A stretch of 64,000 nt of DNA from Jimgerdemannia flammicorona (GCA_003990765.1 RBNJ01000012.1:1-64000), one strand, 5' to 3'. Positions 12,120 through 23,679 are shown, numbered from the stretch's first letter. Translations and numbers: made by a program. The notes: generated from the letters alone by a model not told the origin.

Positions 12120-12674
12120 ATGGGTAACACATTCTCCGACCATGGAGCTGCAAAACGTCGGTCCCGCACATCTCCTGAAAATGAGGCATCCCGCCTCAGC
12201 TCAATGATGTCGGTGTACGGTGTGCACATAGCGCGCTTCATTCAAGCGATACACGACAACGTCCTAGTGAAGAACCGAAAACGCTGGGGCAGCTTCGTGG
12301 TGCTTGAGTTGCGGTTCCCGAATTTGGAGCCGGAGCGGCTGGCGTCTGCCACGGCAAAGGGTCCCGCGGACAGCAAGAACCGAAAGGAAATGTTGAATAA
12401 ACTCAACTCCGCGGAGCGTAGCGCCTGCGATCGCCTGAACTGGGAAATTTTTTGGGACTTCGTCGAGGAGCGATCTCAAGTTGAGGTGGTTTTAGAAAGA
12501 TTCAAGCTAGAGCTGGTGGCAATGGTTAATAGGGGCCGGCTCACTGTGGAAGACATCATTATAAATGCGGAGGACTCCGATATGCACTTTATTCAATTTC
12601 ACCTCCAGTTCTACGACGTCAGAGGGCGATTCGTTTTCCAGCGACCGGGCTACCTTCTGGGACTTCGTCGGTGA
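12120..12674 (+). CDS. Hypothetical 184-aa protein with N-terminal MGNTFS (putative N-myristoylation); intact MG-N family member
   Basis: Uninterrupted ORF, roughly two-thirds identical by eye to 9732-10265. Confidence 0.7.
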   Translation: MGNTFSDHGAAKRRSRTSPENEASRLSSMMSVYGVHIARFIQAIHDNVLVKNRKRWGSFVVLELRFPNLEPERLASATAKGPADSKNRKEMLNKLNSAERSACDRLNWEIFWDFVEERSQVEVVLERFKLELVAMVNRGRLTVEDIIINAEDSDMHFIQFHLQFYDVRGRFVFQRPGYLLGLRR

Positions 12675-13219
12675 GGCTTTGAAGGCAAAGTTCCAAAATT
12701 TCAAGCTGGAGCTCATGGACCACGTCATTACAAAGGCGAATCCCTCGGTGTACTGGCCCCAACATGCGCTTGATTCGGATTCAGTTTCCTCAAATAGACA
12801 ATTTATTTATCGTTAGCTAGTAGTATGATTCGTTTAAAGTAGAAAGAACACTATGAACAATATGAACAATATGCACTACTTTCATTCATTTTCATGCCTA
12901 TGCATATGTCCATACTGTTCGACCTTCCCGCGCTAATATCTTCCACTTAAATTTTCTGGTATTTTTTATATATATACAACAAACGCAGGGTGGCGCATTA
13001 TGTCTATGGGCTTCGCACTGGCAGCACGGTATGCTAATAATATGCAAAACATAAATTTACCAATTTTATATTAATTCAGTCATTCCAATATGCTTATGAC
13101 GCAGAGATGGACGAGCAATTTGCGAAGTCTATCTCGCGATTTAGCGACGTGTGTTGGGATGTGTAATCACTGCAAGAATTAATTATATATATTCGGTATT
13201 CCCCAAGACAACGGGAACC

Positions 13220-13994
13220 GTCTGAGTTCATGCTAAAGTATATATATACTGGTCGTAAACTTTCCTGTTATGTGCATTCTGATACTTTATGCAATTCAAG
13301 TGGGCGCCGGTTTTCGTCCGTTAGGAATGCATCGGCACTCAAGGAATTTCATTGTGATCTGTGATCATAGGCTGCGTGACGTGAAAGAATTTGGAGGACA
13401 AGAAGATATAAAAGCTAGCATGGTATGCCTTTTTATCTCTCTTTCTATCTTGATGTCTGTATTGGGAAGATTTAGCTCTGTTGCGAAAATAAGGATATAT
13501 CGACACGCAACTCCAGAAGCATTCGAACTCTGGTAGACAGCTTATACAACCCGAGGTGAAAGGTCATTCGTGATGACCACGGGGCTGGTGACATTAAATT
13601 GCTTGTTTATCAGTCACACCTCGCGGATCGACACCCATGACCCCCGTTTCGGCCGAGATCCGCGCCAAAACCTTCGTGAAAGTGTTTCACACACATAGCT
13701 TGTACTCAACATCAGTCTGACAACTATTGACCAATGTATCCCCACCTTCGGCATTTCTCGACATACCAAAACCCTCGCATACCAATAGTCTTTGCCTTCG
13801 CGCACCACGGCACCCTCGAAACTCCTCCTGCGTACCAAATAGCCGAATGGTCCTGGGTCGCACTCCCCGCCCAACGTCTCTTCGACCTCCAACACTTTCG
13901 CTACAGTCAACATGACCTCCACCTCGGCAAGGTGATATTCATCAAGACACGTCCGTTCTAATCGACGTAGGAATCGCCGATCCTTCGATGACAC
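13220..13994 (-). pseudogene. Second copy of the 10640-11210 remnant plus upstream unknown coding-like sequence
   Basis: Shared blocks ggatatatcgacacgcaactccagaagc and gagatccgcgccaaaaccttc; ORF 13614-13994 of unknown identity. Confidence 0.35.
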
Positions 13995-14589
13995 CAGTCT
14001 CTCTACGGAATTTTATGGCCGGCTCTAGTTCCTCCCTCGGGATATCACGTCCGCCGCTACCGCGAGGGACTCAGATCGATTGCGTGAAAGCATAATCCAC
14101 AAAGCGCCAACGGAGTTTGAGGCAGTGCTGAGAGAGTGCTGACCTGCCGAGGTTGTCATGTTGGCGTCGTTGCAGCCGGTCCGTTTTCGGCGCGGACGAC
14201 ATTGTTCATTAAGGGACTTCAGCCAGGAAACCGGAAGGAGTTAGCATCTGGTCAAGCGCGTCATTTGGAGAATTTGCCGTCCGAAACTATTAGTCGGTTC
14301 TATTCCCACCACCTCCGGCAACTGTAACAAATAAAACTAGGTGAGAATGAAGTTGGTCATGGCGAATCTACTTAATCGGCATTTTTTGAGGTAGAGCGAA
14401 AAGTCGGAGCTTTACCGTCTGAGTCCATGAAAAATACTGATCGTATCTGTGGACATGTTGTGTTGTAAACTCTGCTTTCGAAAACATTTTCCTCTCAATA
14501 AAAACAATAGCCAGACGCCTATTTTGTCCACCTTTTTTCATTCGGGAATGCATCGTCACAGACCCAAGGACTATGATATGAAAGCACGG

Positions 14590-14788
14590 TCGTGGGACCC
14601 TTTACCATGATTGCCGCCAGCCTCTCCGGTTCCGAGGCCCTAGCGTTTTTTCTTCACTAGGACATTGTCGGATTGCTTAAAATCGCGCTATGTGCACACC
14701 GTACACGGCTGAAGCGAGATACCTCATTTTCCGGAGATATGCGAAACCGACGTTTTGCGGCACCACGGCAGGAGAATGTGTTACCCAT
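14590..14788 (-). pseudogene. Inverted partial MG-N family copy (5' half)
   Basis: Minus strand reads MGNTFSCRGAAKRRFRISPENEVSRFS; upstream block follows at ~14800-15040. Confidence 0.8.
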
Positions 14789-16074
14789 ATTGGATATTGG
14801 ATTTGGTAAAAATGTGGAATCTAGTTTTTTTTTTTTTTTCTTTGTTTTTTTTACAGACCGATAGTTATTGGATCGGGCTGTAACCTCTATGATGTATACA
14901 TGTATTCTGAATATTAAAGTATTAAATTAAAATTCAAAAAGCACAGTGGAGGATATTCTACTCCGAACGGTAGTGGGCTGACAGTTGCAAATAAATTCAT
15001 GTACGATGTTCTAGAGTGCAACTTCCTACTTTAGTCGCTCCCAATTTGTGATTTGACGGCAACCAAAATGCATATGAACTCCTCACCAGAAAATTTATCA
15101 TCTTACCTTCCGTCGTCGTTAAGCATTGTTTTGCAGTCCGCCATCATTGTCATTTCAGCCCATCTCGTCATTTCAGTCCGTCGTCATTACAATCTGTCAT
15201 CATCGTTTTTCAGCCCGTTATCATCACCATGCAATCCGGCATCAATTTCCGTCATTTGCATACGCCATGTAGCTTTTCCCTTCATATTTTCCATAATTCC
15301 TCGACTTCCTTTGGTAAGTATTTCCCCATGTTGCAGAGCATAGAAATGCCTGCAGTTGCATGTCGACACATCCGTAATTTTTTTTAGGATCTGCAACCAA
15401 ACAAGGGAAATATATATATAATATATGGTGTTGATTTATTTCTCGTCATGATTTCACAATTTTCGTGGCTCTTCGTATCTCTTCTTGAAATCCCAACTGA
15501 TATGCCACGTAGCGTATGAATGTACACCGTGATCCCATACCATGATCCTTGAATCCGTACCGATGTATTCCAAAACGGGTAGACGAAACCAGAATCTGCT
15601 TAAATTGTTTTATTAAGATAAAAATGTATTAGAAAGTACAAAAGTAAAGTTTACAATACAACATATCAGCGGATACGACCAACTCTTCAGGCTAACTCAA
15701 AAAAATGGCGAATATTAATTCACAGTAATAGTTGCATAGTTGAATATTAGTTATAAGTATATTGGAATGACAACAATTTGTGGGGGTATATATCCTTGAT
15801 ATATGGTGCTTCCAGTATACGCCTCATAGGAACATAGAGACTATTAGCACAATGCTTTTTCTCGATCATATACTGCGCATGTTCATTCGTTGCACATAGG
15901 GAGCACCTGAAGACCTAAGTGGAAGATATTCGCGCGGGAATGTCGAGCGGAGCATAGGCATGAAATAAATGAAAGTAATTCATATCGTTTGTAATGTTTA
16001 TTAAACTTTTAAACGAATCGTGTCACTAGCTAATTAACTTATTAGAGCGTATGTGTTTCATAATCGAACGCCTA

Positions 16075-16677
16075 TTAAATGTCGTGCGGTCCTTCGAAGG
16101 CCAGTATATACACCGAGGGATTCGTCTTTGTAATGACGGGGTCCATCGGTCTCGTCAAAGTGCTCATCGACTAAGTCCCAGAAGGTTTCCTAGTCCAGAC
16201 GTTCACAGGCGCTGCGCTCCACTGCTATTTGTACCTTAAACGAACCATCCTCTGAAGTCCTGGAATTTGAGCTGGAAGCCAATCAAACGCATGTCGGGAT
16301 CCTTCGCCTTTGTAATGATGTGGTCCACACTGAACTCGCCGCAATGAACCGTTGTCATGAGCTTCAGAAGGTTGCCCAGTTGAAATGGTCGCAGGCGCTG
16401 CGCCCCACGGAGATGAGCTTGTTCAACATCTCCATTCGTTTTTGCCCTGGCCATCACCAGCCTCTTCAGCTCCGAGTTCGAGAACCGCAAAATCGAGCAC
16501 CACGAAGCTAGCCCAACATTCACTATTCACTGGGACGCGGTTGTGGATGATATAAATGAAGCGCACCTTGAGCACGCCGTACATTACCATCACAGGACTA
16601 AGGCGGGATATCTCATCTTCAGGAGGTGTGCGGTAACGACGTTTTGCGGCACGACGGCGAGAGGATATGTTGCGCAT
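16075..16677 (-). pseudogene. Inverted frameshifted MG-N family copy with two C-terminal modules
   Basis: MRNISSRRRAAKRRYRTPPEDEISRLSP...; DHIITKAKDPDMRLIGFQLKFQDF; second module SVERSACERLD*ETFWD. Confidence 0.82.
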
Positions 16678-16768
16678 ATTGGATTAGGGGAAGCTACTTA
16701 TAGTGTGAGTTTATTGGATCGCCCCAATGTCGGATCTTCGGGTCTTTCGAAGGCCAGTACACTGATTT

Positions 16769-17634
16769 AATGAGTGGGTTCGCTCGAGACCACAAGTCAA
16801 TGATCGCAGGAATGTCTTGGGCGCCGAGGTAGAAGGCGTCAGGTGTAGGGCGTTTCATTCTCGCTGGCTTGAACGCCAATGTCGAAGACGTTATGCGTAC
16901 ATAGTCGTGCGGTCATTTCCACTTATAGCATTAGCGCACTACCACCCATGTAATATTAAATCTCAATGTAGCGTTCTCCGCGCTTCACATCTACGCTCAT
17001 CGCGCTCTCCCGTACATTGTACACGTTTTCATTATCACCCGCCCACCACTTCACATGAACAATATGTTAAAGGGCCGGGCCGGTTTTACCGTTAGTTCTC
17101 TTTTCTACTTTTGTCTCAAACATTTACTGCGCTTATGGGCGTTGTGCGGGGTGAGGTATCCTCTGTCATAGTTGACATTTCAGCAAAGCATTGACGGATT
17201 TTTATGACTTCCAATTCAATGCTTTGCCGAAATGTCAACTATATACGACAAAGGAACCTCGCCCTGCCCGACGCCCACAAACGCAGTAAATGTTCGAGTC
17301 AAAAGTGTGTTTGGGTGAGAAAAGAGAACTAACGGTAAAACCGGCCCGGCCCTTATACATATTGTTCATGTAAAGTGGTGGTCGAGTGGTAATGAAACCG
17401 CGTACAGTGTACGGGAGAGCGCGATGAGCGTAGATGTGAGCGCTACATTGAGATTGAATATTATATGATTGGTAGTGCGCTAATGCTATAAAGGAAATGT
17501 CCATACGCATAACGTCTTAGACGTTGGCGTAAAAGCCAGCGAGCATGTAACGCCCTACACCCGACGCCTTCTACCACGGTGCCCAAGACATTCCTGCAAT
17601 CATTGACTTGTGGTCTCGAACGAACCCACTCATT
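16769..17634. repeat. Long imperfect inverted repeat (foldback): arms ~16769-17194 and ~17216-17634, ~21-nt loop
   Basis: Arms pair end to end, e.g. gttgacatttcagcaaagcattga / tcaatgctttgccgaaatgtcaac and aatgagtgggttcg / cgaacccactcatt. Confidence 0.95.
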
Positions 17635-17679
17635 GGTCATGTGACGATCCAAGCCCTCCAGCGGATGAATTAAAAACCG

Positions 17680-18325
17680 TTGAATAAGCTCAAATCTGTG
17701 GAGCGCAGCGCCTGCGACCACCTTAACTGGTGGGACTTCGCGCTCATCGACGAAGTCTCAGAAGGTTGCCCAGTCCAGGCTGCACTCCATTAATTTAATC
17801 TTCAACACTTTGCCAACCTCTCCGGCTCCGCACTAGGACGCTGTCGTGGATTATTTGAATAAGGCGCACTATATACACACCATACATCTCCTTAGACGGG
17901 GCTGTGAAACTCCTATGATGTAGACGGTATTCCTGAACGTTTACGCTTAAGCGGAGCTGAAATTGAATCAAGTGCATATCGGCGTCCTCCGTCTTTATAT
18001 GATGTCCACTCTGAACCGGCCCCTATTAACCACTGTCACCGGCTCCAACTTGACTCTTTCCACACCACTTCGACTTGAAAGCACTCCTCGACGAAGTTCC
18101 AAAATTCCCAGTTCAGACGATCGCAGGCACTGCGCTCCACGGAGTTGAGTTTATTCAATATTTTCTACTGTCCGCGGGACCCTTTTCCGTGGCCGCTCCA
18201 ACACCAAATTCGGGAACAGCAACTCAAGTACCACGAAGCTGCCCCAGCGATTTCGGTTCTTCACTAGGACGCTGTCATGGATCGCCTGAATGGAGCGCAC
18301 ACCGTACGTCTTCATCATAGGGCTA
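17680..18325 (-). pseudogene. Scrambled MG-N family fragments (17680-17740 plus; 17740-17900 and 17950-18325 minus)
   Basis: Matches to gagcgcagcgcctgcgacc, ctaggacgctgtcgtggat, gaaccggcccctattaacc. Confidence 0.75.
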
Positions 18326-18723
18326 TTGACGACGATGACGTCTTCCTTCGCCTTGACTCTTCAACATCCACAATCTCGGTTTGGCCCGTAGTAACAATTT
18401 CCTCCTTATCATATATAGTTATGAATGCAATTCAAACTTCAGCAAAGTGGCCAAGAGCTGCTTAACATTATGCGGAACAATCATGCAATTTCCCCTTGGC
18501 AGACTTAGTTTAGCTCATTTCATGCAGTTTCTTGTCCCTTTCTATGCCAAAGATAACTTAGCTAGTGGTGTTTTAAAAATACGCCAACCATTAATGCGAG
18601 TTAGTAACAATGTAATCGGTCCAGCAATTGAGTATTTGTCGCATCTCAGCTAGTCAGGCATATACTACGCCAAGTTGCAATTAGTCGCTAGTATTTACAA
18701 TCAGTTCACATACCATATTCACA

Positions 18724-20045
18724 ATGCCCCCAATTCGCACTTGGTCTCATGGTCCTTTGGAACCAGCTATAGCCCCAAGACCAGTTGCCCCCCTAGCCCC
18801 CTTACATGAACCTCACCCCTTCCCCATTTCCAATCTATCTGGCCTATGCGCTTATCATAAAGAACAGCTAGTCGCACTGTGTCGTGAACATCATCTGCCA
18901 GTTGAAGGTCAAAAAGCCGCACTAGTTACACATCTCAACTTGCACCGTCCAAGTCCTGACCCTCCACCTCAGCCAATTATTGGAGAGCAAGCTGAAGATG
19001 CCCTTATTGAATGCTTAATCCCCACTTTAGTTGGGTGCCTTGTAACACATCCGTCCATCATACCAACAGGCCCCAACTTAATTACTCTGCCAGTATCAGG
19101 GCTACCGGTGGGCTTGTCACAGGCAATTCCTCTACTGGCCACTACTCCTCCCTCAGCCATGGCCCCCTTCATGCCACCACCTCCCATGATAAGGTTGACA
19201 TCGCAATCGCTGCCAAATCTGCAAAGTGGTGAGTCTTCCTTATCTCTCATTTTGGATGCCGTGCTTTGATGGAATTGGGTACCACCCGACTTGCTAGCAT
19301 CACTAGATGTGGGCAACTATCAGATTCTATCCAAATGGACTGGCAGTGCTCTTATTTCGTGATCAAGCAGCTGCAAAAAAGCAGATATACACATGCCAGA
19401 CTGCGACCTAGATCTACCACTGTGGCTCGAAGCCATCTTTAACATCCGAGGTACTCTACTGGCTCTGGGTACCACTCGATCGACCTTGCATGCATCCCAT
19501 GCTCCTCAACTTCTTGCCCATGCAATCTTTATTGTTAAAGCGATAAATGATCATTATGACTGGGTGGCACTTTAATACTTCAACTGTCAAGTTCGTACAC
19601 TCAAGGCCTCCTTCTCTGACTTGGACATTGGCAATCCAGACATGGTTCGCCATATATTTGAGACAATCATTGGCCACCTTCCTCAGCACCCTTAGCATAC
19701 CAATGTCACTCTATGTTCTCCTATGCTAGATCTCATATAATGGGAAGTTCATCAACTGCCCACCCAGCTGGTGGCCCAAAACCGGTCTTGTCCACCAACC
19801 TCTTGTACTTTTGATGTGGGGTATGGGGACATGCTGTCAGCTCCTGCACCCAAACCCCACTCCAGCATCCTACTTTTCCATCCAAGCCAGACGATCCTAT
19901 CTACCCAGATGGTGCAGTAAGCTCAGTCTGTCATAACTTTAACAGCTCTGGTTGCTCCTATTGAAACTGCAGTTGAGCGCATGTACATATGCCTCTTCTG
20001 CTATGGACCTCACACAGCCCTGGCTTGCTCTGCTTGCCGCAGCTA
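18724..20045 (+). pseudogene. gag: Ngaro gag-like ORF1 with N-terminal SAP-like domain and C-terminal Cys/His fingers
   Basis: LSGLCAYHKEQLVALCREHHLPVEGQKAALVTHL fits the SAP consensus; CG.WGHAVSSC and VCHNFNSSGC motifs at ~19805-20030; internal stops. Confidence 0.7.
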
Positions 20046-21650
20046 ATCTCTCAATTCCCCCCACTTCTAGTCACCCAACCACCCTGTACCATATTAAGGA
20101 GTGGAAAAGGGTACTGCATTCACATCCAAACCAATCACTCATTCAGTACCACCTAACAGGACTCTACCATGGTTATCAGTACAGAAATCACTCTCACCCT
20201 GAGCTTTGCATCGACCTCATATCTGACAACCTTACCTCCACTTACCAGCACTAAGAAGTTCTCTCCACCAACATTCTCACCAAGCTAGCTGTGGTTCACT
20301 ATCTTGGCCCATTTTCGTCTCTCTCCTCCATACCACCAGAATTCTGCCCCTTTCACAATGTACCTCTCGGTGCCATTCCTAAGAAGCACTCGTCCAAATT
20401 TTGTACTATACAACATCTATCCTTTCCCTATGGGAGTTCAGTCAATGACAGAATTGATCCTGAGGAGTTCTCAATCCAGTATCAGTCCATTCCAGCTGTC
20501 ATTCTCCTTCTCCTCTCAGTTGGCTCTACTGCACTCTTCTGGAAGACCGATGTGGCTGATGCCTTCCACACCATCCCAGTACACTGCTCCAATTGGGCTA
20601 TGCAGGGTATCTGCTGGCTTGGTCTTTTCTTCCTCGACATGTTCCTCCTCTTTGGTCTTTGCTCCACTCTCTTTATCTTCACATCTCTTATAGACCTCTT
20701 TACCTGGATCTGTATTCAACTGTATGATCTTCCTAACTTGGGCCATTTTGTTGATGACTTTATCTACGTTGCACCTCTGTCCAGCATGTTCTCCTCCTAT
20801 AATCAATTTCATGCTACCATATCTCAATTCGGCCTCCCACTCAAACCCTCCAAAGATATTCCTCCTACTCCAACTATAGAGTATGTTGGCTTCATTCTTA
20901 ACACTCCAACAATGACAATTAGTCTCCCAATAGAGGAACGTACACGCATTCTCACCTTACTAGTATCATGGCTTATACCGGCTCAGCAGACTCGATCATA
21001 CTGTCTATGTCTGTGTTCACACCATATAGCTCAATCACTCTCAGGCCATCTTATACACATTATTCAAATACTTCCAGATGGGAAGGTGTTTTGCGACAGC
21101 ATCATTTGCTATGCTTCCTCTTGGAAACTACCCTATGCGGGGCAGTGTTTTCCACCTCCTCGACTAGCCACCGACTTACAGTGGTGATATGATATTCTAC
21201 ACTCATGGCCAGGTCATCACCTGCTCTGCCATTCTGAGTGGCTCGATTGTGATCTGTTTACAGATGCATATGGAACACTTGGTGCCAGCGGCCTGCTGGG
21301 CCAATGCTGGTGGAGTACTCATTGGGCTCCCTCCTTCTTAGATCTGAATGGCTATGACATATTTTGGAAAGAAATGTTTGCCATTTGGGTCTTGTTGGTG
21401 CTCTGGGGTCCCTTGTTTCATTCTCAATGTATTATTCTCTCATGTAATAGCCAGCCCTGTGTTGAATCATTGACCAGTGGTCAGGCACACCATTATCTTC
21501 TTGTCAATGACTTACTTCATTGTATCATTCTCTTACATCTTGAAATCGGATTCGAAATTTAAGCTCATTACATCCCTTCAGCATCTAACCCTGTGGACCC
21601 CTTATCTCGCCATATACTTCCTTTACATCCCCAGGACCCATTGCCTACAT
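20045..21650 (+). pseudogene. pol: Ngaro RT + RNase H, disrupted
   Basis: PLGAIPKK..KF..IQHLSFP.G.SVND.I; KTDVADAF; FGL.S; HFVDDF; RNase H LFTDA, KEMFAI, SNP.DPLSR. Confidence 0.9.
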
Positions 21651-21717
21651 TAATCACATCCCTCTTTGGCTTCGCCATCAATTCGACACCTGCCTCTACC
21701 AATACACCCATACTCGA

Positions 21718-22671
21718 ATGGGTAACTTCTGGTTAGGCACCAATTCTCTACACCGATTTCTCAACTCCTACAATATCATAGAGGCTGCTGCTTTCCCTCT
21801 TCAAGATGAATTACTCAGTTATTGGGCTCTTTGGCTTATCCAAGATGGCAAGCCCTACTCCACTATCAAGAACTACTTCTATGATCTCACAGCCTATCAG
21901 GTCGCTCACTGGCATGGTCCTCCACTCCAGCGCCTTTCTCTACCCCTCTTCAATACCATTATTAAGTCTATTCAGACTCACCCACCACCTTTCAGTTCAC
22001 TCGACCGGCTTCCTATTATGTGCCAACACCTCTGGTCTATCCATCTCTCTCTCCACATAGACACTCCTTTTGGTGCTACTATTTGGGCAGTGGCATGCTC
22101 TGCTTTTTATGGCTTAATGCATGTTGGTGAATTTACTACTCGAGATGGCTCCCTATTCAATCTGAATTGGCAAATTTATCATCGCCATCTTCATCACCGA
22201 CAGGATGACACCCTTTCTCGACCATTCTGGGCTCTACACCTTCCCCGAACAAAAACAGGCGGAGCAGATGATGTCTTCCTTGGCTTCTCTGGCACCTTTG
22301 ATTGCCCATGCACTGCAATTGACAACATGGTCCATATTCTCCCAGTGCAACCTCATGACCCCACCTTCTGCCTTGGCCCGGGCCAACCACTTTCTCAATC
22401 TACATTCATTGAAGCGATTCGATCTCCACTCATGGGCACCTCCCTAGCTGTCAGTATTTATGGTCACTCCTTTCGAATTGGTGGTGCCATGCTTCTGGCA
22501 GCTGGGGGCTATCCTGATCATGTCATTCAACTCACTGATCGATGGAAATCCACCATATTTCTCCACTACATTCGACACCTTGACCACATTCTCTCTAAAA
22601 CCACGGCAACACTAGTAGGACTCCCTCTACCCAATCTTCAGCAGGCCATGGGTTTGGTCAGTAATGGCTGA
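21718..22671 (+). CDS. Ngaro tyrosine recombinase (open frame; first catalytic Arg mutated to His)
   Basis: FYGLMHVGEF, RTKT, GHSFRIGGA, DRWKS, FLHYIR: the R-K-HxxR-W-Y signature. Confidence 0.88.
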   Translation: MGNFWLGTNSLHRFLNSYNIIEAAAFPLQDELLSYWALWLIQDGKPYSTIKNYFYDLTAYQVAHWHGPPLQRLSLPLFNTIIKSIQTHPPPFSSLDRLPIMCQHLWSIHLSLHIDTPFGATIWAVACSAFYGLMHVGEFTTRDGSLFNLNWQIYHRHLHHRQDDTLSRPFWALHLPRTKTGGADDVFLGFSGTFDCPCTAIDNMVHILPVQPHDPTFCLGPGQPLSQSTFIEAIRSPLMGTSLAVSIYGHSFRIGGAMLLAAGGYPDHVIQLTDRWKSTIFLHYIRHLDHILSKTTATLVGLPLPNLQQAMGLVSNG

Positions 22672-23679
22672 ATTTCGCCCATAAGTGGTTTATGGCACCG
22701 TTAGAAGCCTAAAACCACTTCCCAGGCTCGTAGTTTTGGCCCCCTTCACTAATGTGAATGGCAGGCCTTAGAGGCATATACTTCCATATAGCCAAACCTA
22801 CCCTGCTTCATCCTCTATACACATTCTACATTTTATGTTTCATAATCCCCCCTTTTCTACTTTGTTGAATTAGTCACTCGATAGACACTTTGATATAGTT
22901 ATAAATGCAATTCAAACTTCAGCAAAGTGGACAAGAGCCACTTAACATTATACAGAACAATTATGCAATTTCCTCTTGGCAGACTTAGTTTAGCTCATTT
23001 CATGCAGTTTCTTGTCCCTTTCTATGCCAAAGATAACTTAGCTAGTGGTGTTTTAAAAATACGCCAACCATTAATGTGAGTTAGTAACAATGTAATCGGT
23101 CTAGCAACTGAGTATTCATTGCATCTCAGCTAGTCAGGCATATACTACGCCAAGTTACAATTAGTTGCTAGTATTTACAATCAGTTTGTGTAACCCTCCC
23201 ACCCATACCCTTTTAGTAGTATATAATAAAAGAAGGCCCCCTTTGCTAATGCGAATGGTAGGCCTTGGAGGCATATGCTTCCATATAGCCAAACCTACCC
23301 TGCTTCATCCCCTATATATATTCTACATTTTATGCTTCATAATCCCCCCTTTTCTACTTCGTTGAATTGGTCACTCGATAGACACTTTGCTGTTACAAAG
23401 AAAGATGCAATTTTATAATGAGTTATTCATCACTGTAGTTTCAACTGGAGCAACCCCTGGGGTGCGCAATATTAGAAAATAAATCACATACCTGGCAACG
23501 ACATGATCTGATCTGATCTTATTAATCATCTCTGCGACACCCTTGCTGAGAATGACAGCACCGACCAGCAGCAACAGTTATAGTGATAACAGCGTCACCA
23601 ATAAATTCAGTGGTATCCTTGAGGACAGTTCCAGCAAAGATCGCCAGGTGATAATGGCACTTCCAGCATACTCATATAT

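Larger units (their letters stand above)
18413..23389 (+). mobile_element. Ngaro-type tyrosine-recombinase retrotransposon, structurally complete
   Basis: Split direct repeats A1 18413-18706, B1 22738-22892, A2 22893-23186, B2 23235-23389; gag, RT-RNase H and YR; no MTase recognised. Confidence 0.92.

Noticed and set aside
18413-23186. A1/A2 repeats as ordinary LTRs
   Set aside because: No TG..CA ends, TSD or integrase; the A1-B1-A2-B2 layout with a YR is Ngaro/PAT type
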